Source of the DNA: an uncultured Candidatus Saccharibacteria bacterium
GTDB lineage: Bacteria; Patescibacteriota; Minisyncoccia; UBA6257; 2-01-FULL-56-20
Direction of reading: 5' to 3'
DNA length: 64,000 nucleotides
Assembly (NCBI GenBank): GCA_964484655.1
Contig: CAZAFA010000002.1
Location: 24,130-88,129, forward strand
Shown in pieces: positions 37,451-49,170 of the stretch. The first letter of the stretch is position 1; each line of letters begins with the position of its first letter. The notes below the pieces were generated by a model. The model had not been told where the DNA came from and did not search any database. It saw only the letters and a list, made by a program, of their open reading frames with translations. Position numbers and translations under genes: made by a program.

Positions 37451-38233
37451 ATGTTCAAGATGGACGACGTGGACGTCTATTCGGAACGGGGCGTGGAAGC
37501 GCTCATGGACCGCATAGACGCGCACCTGGAGAAGCTCGATCCCAAGAAGAGGAACCCGTACAAGTTCCTGATGAAGGCGCTCCGCGGCCGCTGCTCCGAG
37601 CCCGAGGTCGGCGTCTTCCTCGAGCTCTTCGGCATAGACCGCATCGCGTACTGGCAGGACCTCACGCCTGAGGAATTCTGCGAGACGGTGCCGCAGCTGA
37701 TGCCCGAGGACCTGGAGCTCGTGAAGAGGGCGCCGGAGCATCTGGCGAGCTGCCGCAAATGCCTCGCCGAGTCGTACCGCTACGCGCGCTTCATCGGCGA
37801 GCACCTGGTCATCGTGCACACGATGGCCGCGGACGGCCTGCAGGCGTACCTGGACGCGGGACCGCTCTCGGCTGAGGAGACCATGCGCTTCCATGCCGAG
37901 CTGACGGCGGTGGCGTACACGTACCTGGTCTCGGTGGACCGCATGCGGCAGCGCGAGGACATGCTCGCGGCGCTGCGGGCGATCCCCTGCACGAAGCCGA
38001 GCCTGGCGAAGCGCTTCGAGGCGCGCGGCATCATCAACACGTGCGAACGCCTGCTGATGAGCGATCACGCCCTGGCGCGGGAATCCCGCAGGCGGCATCT
38101 GCCGGAGGAGAAGCGGTACGCGCGCCTCAGCGCGATGTCCGCCCACCTGAAGGAGTGCGGGCGCTGCGCGGCGCAGTACGAGTACGAGAAGCGCGAGGAG
38201 CGATACCAGCAGAAGGTGTACGGACTGCTGTAA
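37451..38233 (+). CDS. hypothetical protein with two HxxxCxxC motifs
   Basis: EHLASCRKC and AHLKECGRC; GGAGG/AAGGA SD; terminator follows. Confidence 0.7.
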   Translation: MFKMDDVDVYSERGVEALMDRIDAHLEKLDPKKRNPYKFLMKALRGRCSEPEVGVFLELFGIDRIAYWQDLTPEEFCETVPQLMPEDLELVKRAPEHLASCRKCLAESYRYARFIGEHLVIVHTMAADGLQAYLDAGPLSAEETMRFHAELTAVAYTYLVSVDRMRQREDMLAALRAIPCTKPSLAKRFEARGIINTCERLLMSDHALARESRRRHLPEEKRYARLSAMSAHLKECGRCAAQYEYEKREERYQQKVYGLL

Positions 38234-38295
38234 AGAGGAAGCCCGCCGAGATGGCGGGCTTTCCGTATGAAAACAGGACAGGAAAAGGGTCCCGG

Positions 38296-38601
38296 CTAGG
38301 CGTACGCGGCACGCGCGTGCGAGTTGCTCAGGCACGCCTGGGCGAACGGCAGATACGCAGGTGTCTTCTGCGCGGTCTCCTCGATCGCGGAGGCGAGAAT
38401 GGCAAGCCGGTGCTCCGGCTCGATGGACTGCAGCTCGAACTGATTCACGGCGTTGACCACGTCGGTGACGAATTCAATGCGGTGCTTCTGTTCGGCGATC
38501 TTCTCGCTCAGATGCAGGACTAGGGGGCGGAGCATGGCTCCTTTGGCTATGGCGCCGCCTTGCAGGCGGACGACCAGGTCGTTATTGAGCGGGTTGCTCA
38601 T
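38296..38601 (-). CDS. hypothetical protein
   Basis: AAAGGAG SD; TTGACG-N17-TACCGT promoter. Confidence 0.65.
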   Translation of the reverse strand: MSNPLNNDLVVRLQGGAIAKGAMLRPLVLHLSEKIAEQKHRIEFVTDVVNAVNQFELQSIEPEHRLAILASAIEETAQKTPAYLPFAQACLSNSHARAAYA

Positions 38602-38682
38602 GGGCTTATTCTCCTTTCAAGGGGTTTAGGGGAGCTGGGAGCCACGGTACCCCTCAGGGACGGAGCCGTCAACCGCGACCGG

Positions 38683-39449
<767 letters not shown>

Positions 39450-39453
<4 letters not shown>

Positions 39454-39989
39454 GCGTCCTTCGAGTATACCCGCCGCCCGAAGAGCGCGCGCCAGTTATC
39501 CGCGATGAGCGCCGCGACGAGTCCGACGACGACGCCCCCGACGAGGTCCGCCGGCCAGTGCACGCCCGCGAGCACGCGCGCGACGCCCACCACCAGCGCG
39601 CCCGCGAGGAGCGCGGCGCCCGTCACGGGTCGGAACTTCCACGTCGCGAACGCGAGCGCCGCGAGCACCGCCACGTGCGAGGACGGGAAGGAGAGCTCGT
39701 GGACGGGCGCGATGTACGGGTCGAAGCCGAGCCGCTGGAACGGGCGGAGCGTCTGGACGAAGAGCCGGACGAGCGGCACGAGGACGAAGCGGGCCACGAG
39801 GACCGCGCCGAGGAGGCGGTACAGGTGGTGCACGAACTGGCGCGGATGCATCCAGAAACGCGCGACCCCCGCCAGGACGGCGAGGGCGACGAGCAGGTAC
39901 GGGAGCCAGACGGCGGCGGCGTTGAGACCGGTCAGGTACCCGTCCGCGACGGGCTCACCCCAGGGAATCGAGGCGAGGAATCCGGTCAC
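39450..39989 (-). CDS. PAP2-family phosphatase
   Basis: RP, SFPSSH, ARVLAGVHWPAD. Confidence 0.88.
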
Positions 39990-39999
39990 GGCAGGGAGC

Positions 40000-40212
40000 T
40001 CAGCGGGTGACGAACGGCAGGAGCGCCATGTGGCGCGCCAGCTTGATCGCCTTCGCGAGCCGGCGCTGGTGGCTGGCGCAGGTGCGGGTGTGCATCGGGT
40101 CGATGATCTTCGCCTGGCTCGAGACGAACCGGCTGATCATGTCCACGTCCTTGTAATCGATCGTGTCGATGTTCTGGGAGCAGAAAAAGCACTGCTGGTT
40201 GGTATTGCGCAT
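40000..40212 (-). CDS. rpsR: 30S ribosomal protein S18 (zinc-binding type)
   Basis: CFFC...IDYKD...C.SHQRRLAKAIKLAR..ALLPF. Confidence 0.95.
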   Translation of the reverse strand: MRNTNQQCFFCSQNIDTIDYKDVDMISRFVSSQAKIIDPMHTRTCASHQRRLAKAIKLARHMALLPFVTR

Positions 40213-40228
40213 AGAAATGGTGGTGGGA

Positions 40229-40780
40229 TTAAAGCTTCTTGACCTGGAGCGAGTCAAGCTCGACCACGGTGTCGCGGCCGAAGATGGGCACGGTGACCTT
40301 GACGCGGCCCTTCTCGGAATCGACCTCCGAGACCTTGCCGTCGTAGTCCTTGAACGGCCCGTCCATGACGCGGACGAGGTCGCCCTGGGTGAGGTCCACG
40401 TGGAAGGTGCTCTCCTCGCGGCCCATGCGGCCCAGCAGGTTCTCCACCTCCTCGGCGGCGAGCGGCGTCGGGGTCGTGTTGTCCGAGCCGACGAAGCCCG
40501 TCACGCGCGGCGTGTTGCGCACGACGTACCAGGAGTCCTCGGTGAGGACCATGTCCACGAGCACGTAGCCCGGGTAGATCTTCTCCTCGACCGTGGAGCG
40601 GCGGCCGTTCTTCACGCGCACCTGCTTCTCGGTCGGGACGACGACGTTGAAGATCACGTCGCCCATGGACAGCGACTCGACGCGCTGCTTGAGGTACCGC
40701 GCCACCGCCTCCTCGTAGCCGGAGTAGGTGTGGATCGCGTACCAGTTGCGGAGGCCCTTGTGCTCGGGAGGAAGCGCCAT
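40229..40780 (-). CDS. nusG: transcription elongation factor NusG
   Basis: WYAIHTYSGYE, PGYVLV, VTGFVG, KOW GPF...IFGR.T.VEL. Confidence 0.97.
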   Translation of the reverse strand: MALPPEHKGLRNWYAIHTYSGYEEAVARYLKQRVESLSMGDVIFNVVVPTEKQVRVKNGRRSTVEEKIYPGYVLVDMVLTEDSWYVVRNTPRVTGFVGSDNTTPTPLAAEEVENLLGRMGREESTFHVDLTQGDLVRVMDGPFKDYDGKVSEVDSEKGRVKVTVPIFGRDTVVELDSLQVKKL

Positions 40781-40782
40781 GA

Positions 40783-40968
40783 CTAGGAGATGATGAGCTT
40801 GCGGATCGCCTCGCCGAAGACGTAGTCGAGGCCGCCGAGGAACGCAGCGAAGATCGCCGAGTAGATCACGACCGCGAGCGTGAGCCGGAAGGCGGTCTGC
40901 CGGTCCGGCCAGGTGATCTTGCTGAATTCGCCGCGGATGTCGCGGAAGTAGTTGATGATGCTGCGCAT
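40783..40968 (-). CDS. secE: preprotein translocase SecE
   Basis: EFSKITWP plus a TM helix; upstream of nusG. Confidence 0.92.
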   Translation of the reverse strand: MRSIINYFRDIRGEFSKITWPDRQTAFRLTLAVVIYSAIFAAFLGGLDYVFGEAIRKLIIS

Positions 40969-41094
40969 TGGGTGTGTCGCCTATAGAAAAACCCCGTCCG
41001 GGGCAGTGGCTGAAGTATGCCGTAATTGCGGGAAAAGCGTCAAGGAGGGCGGAAAATCAATCGGCTCCCGGGGAGCGGGAGCCGATAGCTGAGG

Positions 41095-41484
41095 TCATGA
41101 GACCTGTTGAATCTGGAATTTCTTGCCGGTGAAGCCCAGGCGGAGGGTGCCTTTGCGGCTGCGGAAATCGAAATATCCGCGGATGCCTTTGTCGGACTTC
41201 AGCGTCTCGAGCATCTGCATGAGCCGCGACGAGCTGTTCACCTTGATGCCGATCCGCTGCCGGTGGAAGTAGGCGCGGAAGTTGTAGCTCTCGCCGCCCC
41301 CGTCCTCGCGGCCCATCTCTTCGATGAACACCGCTATCGCGCAGGTCGCCTCGCCGTCCCGCAGGTGCAGGACGACCGGGATGCGTTCGCCGTTGCCACC
41401 GCTGAACAGGGATACCGAAGCGTCGAACTTGCTCGGTCCGTTGAATATGTTGAAAACCTCTTCTTTCGTCTGTTGTGTAGTCAT
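41095..41484 (-). CDS. hypothetical protein
   Basis: AAGGAGGT SD; IFNGPSKFD...REDGGGESYNF. Confidence 0.7.
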   Translation of the reverse strand: MTTQQTKEEVFNIFNGPSKFDASVSLFSGGNGERIPVVLHLRDGEATCAIAVFIEEMGREDGGGESYNFRAYFHRQRIGIKVNSSSRLMQMLETLKSDKGIRGYFDFRSRKGTLRLGFTGKKFQIQQVS

Positions 41485-41680
41485 ACGACTACCTCCTTTT
41501 TTAAGATGCTCCGTGGAGCGATCGCACATACGTGCGACTGGATAGAATATAACATAATTCGACAGTTTTGTCGACCTTTATAGGTGGGATGATTGATAAT
41601 AAGAATGAATATAGAGGCAAATTATCAATTTTATTGACTTTTTATGATAATTTTATACAGTTTGTGCTATGCCTTAGGGC

Positions 41681-42580
41681 ATGGCATTCATGGCTACCCC
41701 CCGGCTCAAGGAACGCATTAAGGAGCTCAAGGCGCGCTACGAGCAGCTGCGCGCTGGCAAGGCGTCCCTGTTGCGCATGCTCGACGAGAGCGAGATTCCC
41801 GAGGCGGTATATAACTCGAACGCCATCGAGAACTCGACGCTGACGCTCCAGGAGACCGCGGAGATCCTCGACGACCGGAATATCGGACGCAAGGTCGACG
41901 TGCGCGAGATCTACGAGACGCGCAATCTCGCGAAGGTCATCGAGCGCCTGCACGCGCAGGACGCGTTGCCCCGGCTCGAAGAGCAGGGAATCCTCGACCT
42001 CCATCACATGCTCCTGGCAGGTATCGACGACGGCATCGCCGGCAGGTTCCGCGGTCCGGGCGAGTACGTGCGCGTGGGGACGCACGTCGCCCCTCCTCCC
42101 GAGCAAGTGCCGGAGCTCGTCCGGAACATGATCCTCGATTACGAGAGCGACCTGGACGGGTACTTCCTCGAGAAGATCGCTGCGTTCCATCTCGACTTCG
42201 AGACGATCCATCCGTTCAACGACGGGAACGGCCGCATCGGCCGCGTGCTGGTCAACTATCAGCTGCAGCAGCTCGGCCTGCCGAGCGTCATCGTCCGGAA
42301 CCGTACCAAGCAGGCGTACTACGACACCTTTGCCGCATACAAGAAGAACGGGAACGTCCGCGGGCTCGAGGAGATCCTGGCGCTCGGTCTCATGGAATCG
42401 CTCAACCGGCGCATCGCGTACCTGCGCGGCGCCCGGCTCACGAAACTCAGCGAGTTCGCCGCGGCGCGGAGGCTGGCGCCCGCGAAGATAACGACGCTCG
42501 CGCGCCGCCAGCATATCCCCGCGTTCCGCGAGAACGGCGTCTGGCATATCCCTGAGGACTACGAGTACGCCAGGGACTAG
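41681..42580 (+). CDS. Fic-family protein with C-terminal HTH
   Basis: HPFNDGNGRIGR catalytic motif; SNAIEN inhibitory motif (class II). Confidence 0.93.
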   Translation: MAFMATPRLKERIKELKARYEQLRAGKASLLRMLDESEIPEAVYNSNAIENSTLTLQETAEILDDRNIGRKVDVREIYETRNLAKVIERLHAQDALPRLEEQGILDLHHMLLAGIDDGIAGRFRGPGEYVRVGTHVAPPPEQVPELVRNMILDYESDLDGYFLEKIAAFHLDFETIHPFNDGNGRIGRVLVNYQLQQLGLPSVIVRNRTKQAYYDTFAAYKKNGNVRGLEEILALGLMESLNRRIAYLRGARLTKLSEFAAARRLAPAKITTLARRQHIPAFRENGVWHIPEDYEYARD

Positions 42581-42663
42581 GCATCGGAAGGCGCGCCTTG
42601 GCAAGCCTCGTCCGGACGACTATCCTCGTCCGGCACTCTTGAGAACGAGGAGGACAGGAACGC

Positions 42664-42939
42664 ATGACCGTCATCGCGTACGACCCCTCCATGACCGACG
42701 AGGACCTGCTCGCGGGCAGGTTCGTGGCGCAGGCGAACTACGTGCGGGTCGAGCCGAACGTCTCGGTGCGGCTGTACGCGCACGTCCCCTTCCGCATCAG
42801 GCGGAACGAGGGCTGCACGGACGCCTGCTTCGAGGACGCCCCGTTCGTCCCGGTGCGGATCAGCCTGGAACAGGCGCGGTTCGCGCTCGCGCGCGGCTCC
42901 GTGGTCATGGTCGGATCGCAAGCAGAAGCCGCCCCGTAG
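42664..42939 (+). CDS. hypothetical protein
   Basis: GAGGAGG upstream; hairpin at the stop. Confidence 0.6.
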   Translation: MTVIAYDPSMTDEDLLAGRFVAQANYVRVEPNVSVRLYAHVPFRIRRNEGCTDACFEDAPFVPVRISLEQARFALARGSVVMVGSQAEAAP

Positions 42940-42969
42940 GGCGGCTTTCGCGCATGCAGGGCGCGGACG

Positions 42970-44991
<2,022 letters not shown>

Positions 44992-45137
44992 GACGCGTAT
45001 GAGTGAGCTCATTCTAGCCGACTCGGAGAGGCCCGGAAAGCCGCGGAATCATTGACATTTCATGATTTTTCTGATTTCCTTAGTCCCGGTTCCGCGCTTC
45101 GCGCGGGAAAAACTTGATGAGAAAGGAGACGAAGTAG

Positions 45138-45545
45138 ATGAATAACAAGGAGCCGAAAGGCACGTCATACGACGACATAACGGACCGCGACGGGTACCTC
45201 CTGTGCACGTCCCGCTTCGACGGCAACGATGACCACTGGAAGTTCCTCCGGTACGGCCTGCGCGCCGAGGCGGAGAGCGGCAAGACGCTCGAGGACGTGA
45301 TCGTGGAGAACCCGTATGAGAACATACGGAGCATCTGCGAGGGCATGATCGCCCGCGGCGTCACGCTCGCGGCATTGCTCGCGTTCGACGCGGAGCATCT
45401 CGCGCACTGTCACCCGTGCATCGCGACGCGGAGCCGGAACGGCGAGACGGAGCTCCCGCCGCTGCTGGCAACGCTGGCGATCGCCCCGGACCCGTTCCGG
45501 ACCCGCGAGCGCGTGATGCGCGACATAGCCGGCATCCAGTGCTGA
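45138..45545 (+). CDS. hypothetical protein with HxxxCxxC motif
   Basis: TTGACA promoter, AAAGGAG SD, EHLAHCHPC, terminator. Confidence 0.7.
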   Translation: MNNKEPKGTSYDDITDRDGYLLCTSRFDGNDDHWKFLRYGLRAEAESGKTLEDVIVENPYENIRSICEGMIARGVTLAALLAFDAEHLAHCHPCIATRSRNGETELPPLLATLAIAPDPFRTRERVMRDIAGIQC

Positions 45546-45604
45546 CGACAACAAGATGAAAAGCCCCCTCGGGGGCTTTTCTCATAGCCTGGTATACTGG
45601 CCCC

Positions 45605-45991
45605 ATGGATATCACCGCTATTCTCCTCGCCGCCGCTGCCTCGTTTGTGATCGGCGCGGTCTGGTACGCGTTCCTCTTCGCGAAGCCGTACCGCCGGCTC
45701 ATGGGCATCCCCGAGGGGGCCTCGATGAAAGGCATGGGCAGGACGATGGCTCTCGGCTTCGTCCTCGACCTCGTCCGCGCGTACGTCCTCATCCAGGTCG
45801 TCGCGGCGATGGGCGCCTTCTCCGTGGCCACCGGCGCGGAGGCGGGCTTCTGGGTCTGGCTCGGCTTCGTGCTCACCACGTACGCCGGCGCCGTCGTGTA
45901 CGAGAAGCGCTCGATCCCCCTCGCGGCGATCAACGCCGGGTACTACCTCGTCGCGTACCTGGTCATGGGCGCGATCGTCGCGGTCTGGTAG
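45605..45991 (+). CDS. DUF1761-family membrane protein
   Basis: IGAVWY..LF, 4 TM, INAGY. Confidence 0.82.
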   Translation: MDITAILLAAAASFVIGAVWYAFLFAKPYRRLMGIPEGASMKGMGRTMALGFVLDLVRAYVLIQVVAAMGAFSVATGAEAGFWVWLGFVLTTYAGAVVYEKRSIPLAAINAGYYLVAYLVMGAIVAVW

Positions 45992-46005
45992 CGGAGTCTC
46001 CGAAA

Positions 46006-46166
46006 TAAAAGAGGGCGGTCATGGACCGCCCTTCTTTTCGTGGCGCTGACGCCTGTCGGTGCGGAAGCACCGTCATCACGCCACGCGGACGCACGCATCT
46101 GACCGGACGGAGTCCGGAACCCCTTGTTCGCGTGCGCTTCCCTTGACCCAGATTGGCACCGAGCTG
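46006..46166 (-). ncRNA. candidate structured small RNA
   Basis: TTGACA-N17-CACCAT upstream, nested stems, terminator at 46012-46032. Confidence 0.4.
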
Positions 46167-46217
46167 TCCGCATGGTGCGGAACGGGAAAGCGGCTGTCAA
46201 ATGCGTATACTCCGGGC

Positions 46218-47039
46218 ATGCCGCTCCCCCGCAAGAGCTCGCGCGACGCCTTCATCCGCGACGTCCGCCAGGCCTACGCGGAGCACGGCCGCCACGACCT
46301 CCCCTGGCGGAAGACGCGCGACCCGTACCGCATCCTCGTCTCCGAGGTGATGCTCCAGCAGACGCAGGTGGAACGCGTCCGCGGCTTCTACGATCGCTTC
46401 CTGGAGCGCTTCCCGGACGTCGCGGCGCTCGCGGCCGCGCCGGCGTCCGCCGCGATCGCGGCCTGGCAGGGGCTCGGGTACAACCGCCGAGCGCTCGCGC
46501 TCCGGCGCGCGGCGCGGGAGATCGTCGCGCGGCACGGCGGCAAGGTCCCGCGCGCGTACGCGGACCTCGTCGCGCTCCCCGGCATCGGACCGTACACGGC
46601 GGGCGCGGTGCGCGCGTTCGCCTGGAACGAGCCCGGCGCCTTCCTCGAGACGAACGTCCGCGCCGCCTACCTGGATCGCTTCTTCCCCGACGCGGAGCGC
46701 GTGCCCGACCGCGACCTGCTGCCCGTCGTCGAGGCGACGCTCGACCGCGAGGACCCGCGGACCTGGTACTGGGCGCTCATGGACTACGGCGCGCGTCTCA
46801 AGGCGACCAAGGGCAACGCCACGCGGCGCTCCGCGACGTACGCGCGCCAGAGCCGCTTCGCCGGCTCGGACCGCCAGCTGCGCGGCCGGATCCTCCGCAT
46901 GCTCGCGAACCGGACCCGGACTGCCGCCGAGCTCGCCGCGCTCGACCCGGATCCCGCGCGCCTCGCGCGCATCCTCGGCGACCTGGAGCGGGAGGGGTTC
47001 GTGACGCTCCGGCGCGGCAGGTACCGCCTCGCGGACTAG
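46218..47039 (+). CDS. MutY-like HhH-GPD adenine glycosylase (short form)
   Basis: LPWR, VSEVMLQQTQV, WQGLGYNRRA, LPGIGPYTA, ALMDYG. Confidence 0.88.
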   Translation: MPLPRKSSRDAFIRDVRQAYAEHGRHDLPWRKTRDPYRILVSEVMLQQTQVERVRGFYDRFLERFPDVAALAAAPASAAIAAWQGLGYNRRALALRRAAREIVARHGGKVPRAYADLVALPGIGPYTAGAVRAFAWNEPGAFLETNVRAAYLDRFFPDAERVPDRDLLPVVEATLDREDPRTWYWALMDYGARLKATKGNATRRSATYARQSRFAGSDRQLRGRILRMLANRTRTAAELAALDPDPARLARILGDLEREGFVTLRRGRYRLAD

Positions 47040-47125
47040 GTTGCCAGCGCCGCGGAGGGGCGTATCATGATGCTTGTCTTCCCGCGAGGACGCAGTTCGA
47101 AAAAAGAATAAGGAGCAGATAACCC

Positions 47126-47254
47126 ATGAGAAGATTCCCGTCGCACAACTACGCACCCGCATGCCGGCGCTCCGCCGACAACTTCGCTTACAAGCGGACT
47201 CACCGGAGCCTGGTGCGGGCGCGCGCGACACGCATCTGCCGATGCGCCTCTTAA
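47126..47254 (+). CDS. 42-aa Arg-rich small protein (not in the ORF track)
   Basis: TTGCCA-N16-TATCAT, TAAGGAG, MRRFPSHNYAPACRRSADNFAYKRTHRSLVRARATRICRCAS, terminator GAGACCCCCG-TA-CGGGGGTCTC. Confidence 0.5.
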   Translation: MRRFPSHNYAPACRRSADNFAYKRTHRSLVRARATRICRCAS

Positions 47255-47290
47255 TGCAGCGAGACCCCCGTACGGGGGTCTCAGCTTTTT

Positions 47291-47674
47291 TCAGCGCGGG
47301 GAGAGCCGCGAGAGCACGCCGGCCGCGAGCAGCGCGACGAGCAGGACCGCCGCGGAGAGCGCGGCGATGCCGTGCACGCGCGGCAGGTGCCGCCATCCGG
47401 TCGCGTTGCGGCGCAGCGCGATGCCGGACCAGACCGCCGTCCCGAAGGACGGGAGGAACAGGCCGGTCAGGGCGAGATGCACCGGGTACAGCGCGCCGTG
47501 CGGCTCGTCGTACTGGACGTAGCCGCGATAGAGCACGGCGCCGAGCACCAGTGCGGCGCAGGCGCCCGCGGCGATGCCTGCGGCGACGTGGCGCGGGCTC
47601 CCCTTGCGGTTCGCCAGCTGATAGGCGAACAGCGCGACGAGCGCAAGGCTCAGCGCGCGTATGACCATGTCCAT
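47291..47674 (-). CDS. hypothetical 4-TM membrane protein
   Basis: GTAATAAGGAGG SD; four hydrophobic helices with His residues. Confidence 0.7.
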   Translation of the reverse strand: MDMVIRALSLALVALFAYQLANRKGSPRHVAAGIAAGACAALVLGAVLYRGYVQYDEPHGALYPVHLALTGLFLPSFGTAVWSGIALRRNATGWRHLPRVHGIAALSAAVLLVALLAAGVLSRLSPR

Positions 47675-47749
47675 GATCAGGACCTCCTTATTACGTGATC
47701 GGTAAAGCTCTGCTCCTTATCCCTGACGCGCTGGTCCGCGTCAAGCGGG

Positions 47750-48502
47750 TTAGAAGATGCCGGCCTGGTTCCGCGGGATCGTCACCTTCTGCTCGCCCGC
47801 CGCGCCGGGCGCCACCTGGTACCGCGGGAAGTACACCGTGACCGCGTCGTCGGTGAAGGTGTACCACTGGTAGTTGTCCTCGTTAGGCGCGGTGCCGCTG
47901 TCGAGGAACTCCGCCGAGGTGTTCTCGCCGAGCATGCTGCCGAGGACGTTGCGCGCGTAGTCGGCGATCCCCTGCAGCGAACCGCGTGGGAAGAGATCGA
48001 GGAGCGCGACCGGGCGTCCCGTCTCGAGGTTCCAGTTGAAGGACCGCAGCTCGTCGCGGCCGTGCGCGCCGCCCTCGAAGGCGTAGACGTGCAGGATGAA
48101 GCTCGCGTACTCGCGATTGAGCTGCGCGTGCTCCCAGGTGACGTAGAGCGCGTACTGGACCGGCGACGCGCCGGTCTCGCCGCGCGCCTCCGCGTCCGCG
48201 GCGACGGTCTTCGCGAACTCCCGCTCCGTCTCGTCGACGAAGGACTCCACCCGGCGCGTCAGCTCCGGCGATGACGGGAAGCGCGGGTACTCGATGCTCA
48301 CCTTCTGCTGGTCCGTCGAGCTCGCGCGCGTCACGACCTCGACCGCGAGTCCGGCGGAATCGGTGGACGTCGCCGACGGCGCGGGCCCGCCTGCCGGGCC
48401 TCGCGAGACGGACTGCCAGCGCCCGATGACGGCGAAGCCGACGATCAGCACGAGCGCGGCCGCGGCGAGCGATGCGTAGAGGGGCTTCTTCTCGGCCTGC
48501 AT
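47750..48502 (-). CDS. RsiV/DUF3298-family protein
   Basis: IEYP, GGAHG, F..YQVAPGAAG. Confidence 0.82.
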   Translation of the reverse strand: MQAEKKPLYASLAAAALVLIVGFAVIGRWQSVSRGPAGGPAPSATSTDSAGLAVEVVTRASSTDQQKVSIEYPRFPSSPELTRRVESFVDETEREFAKTVAADAEARGETGASPVQYALYVTWEHAQLNREYASFILHVYAFEGGAHGRDELRSFNWNLETGRPVALLDLFPRGSLQGIADYARNVLGSMLGENTSAEFLDSGTAPNEDNYQWYTFTDDAVTVYFPRYQVAPGAAGEQKVTIPRNQAGIF

Positions 48503-48503
48503 G

Positions 48504-49136
48504 TCAGCGCGTGGCGAAGCTCGCGCGGAACTGCGCGAAGACGGCCTCGAGGGCGGCGCGGTCGAACTCGGTCACGGCGCCCGGCTCGTAGTTGCCGATA
48601 TTCCCGCTGTGCAGGAAGAGCCGCAGGCCGTAGCAGCGTCCGTTCGCGGCGGTCGCGTAGACGGTCTCGTCGTACAGGTTGCCCGCCGCCGCTCCGCCGC
48701 CTTTCGCGACATCCCACTCCCGGCCGTTCGGCTCGACGACGCGGTCGCGCCCGGCGACGTTGCCGAGGAACGTCGCGGCGCGGCATTCCCCGGAGCCGAG
48801 CACCTCGACGCTCATCCCCGTATCGGAAGAGAGGTTCGTGCCCGCCGTCAGCGACGCCGGGACCTTGAACAGCACGCCGGGGACGTAGGACCCGGGGCCG
48901 AGGTTCGCGTACTCGTAGTCGGGCTGCACGGTCCAGCCCTCGGGGTAGCGCACGGCGAAGGCATGTGCCTGGCTCTCGTACGCCTGCCAGCCGTCGCCGG
49001 GCGGCGTCGCTACTGGAATCGACGTCGTGGTCCCGGCGGATTCGGGATCTGGCGCCTGCACGCGGCCGCGCAGCGCCCAGCCCGCGACGAGGACCGCTGC
49101 CAGGACGGCGATCGAGAGGACAGCCCTGCGGCTCAT
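48504..49136 (-). CDS. exported hypothetical protein (PsbP-like)
   Basis: Signal anchor; WQAY...FAVRYPEGW; AAAGNLY. Confidence 0.65.
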   Translation of the reverse strand: MSRRAVLSIAVLAAVLVAGWALRGRVQAPDPESAGTTTSIPVATPPGDGWQAYESQAHAFAVRYPEGWTVQPDYEYANLGPGSYVPGVLFKVPASLTAGTNLSSDTGMSVEVLGSGECRAATFLGNVAGRDRVVEPNGREWDVAKGGGAAAGNLYDETVYATAANGRCYGLRLFLHSGNIGNYEPGAVTEFDRAALEAVFAQFRASFATR

Positions 49137-49170
49137 GCGGGTAGTCTAGCACTTCGGGTATGATTCGGGC

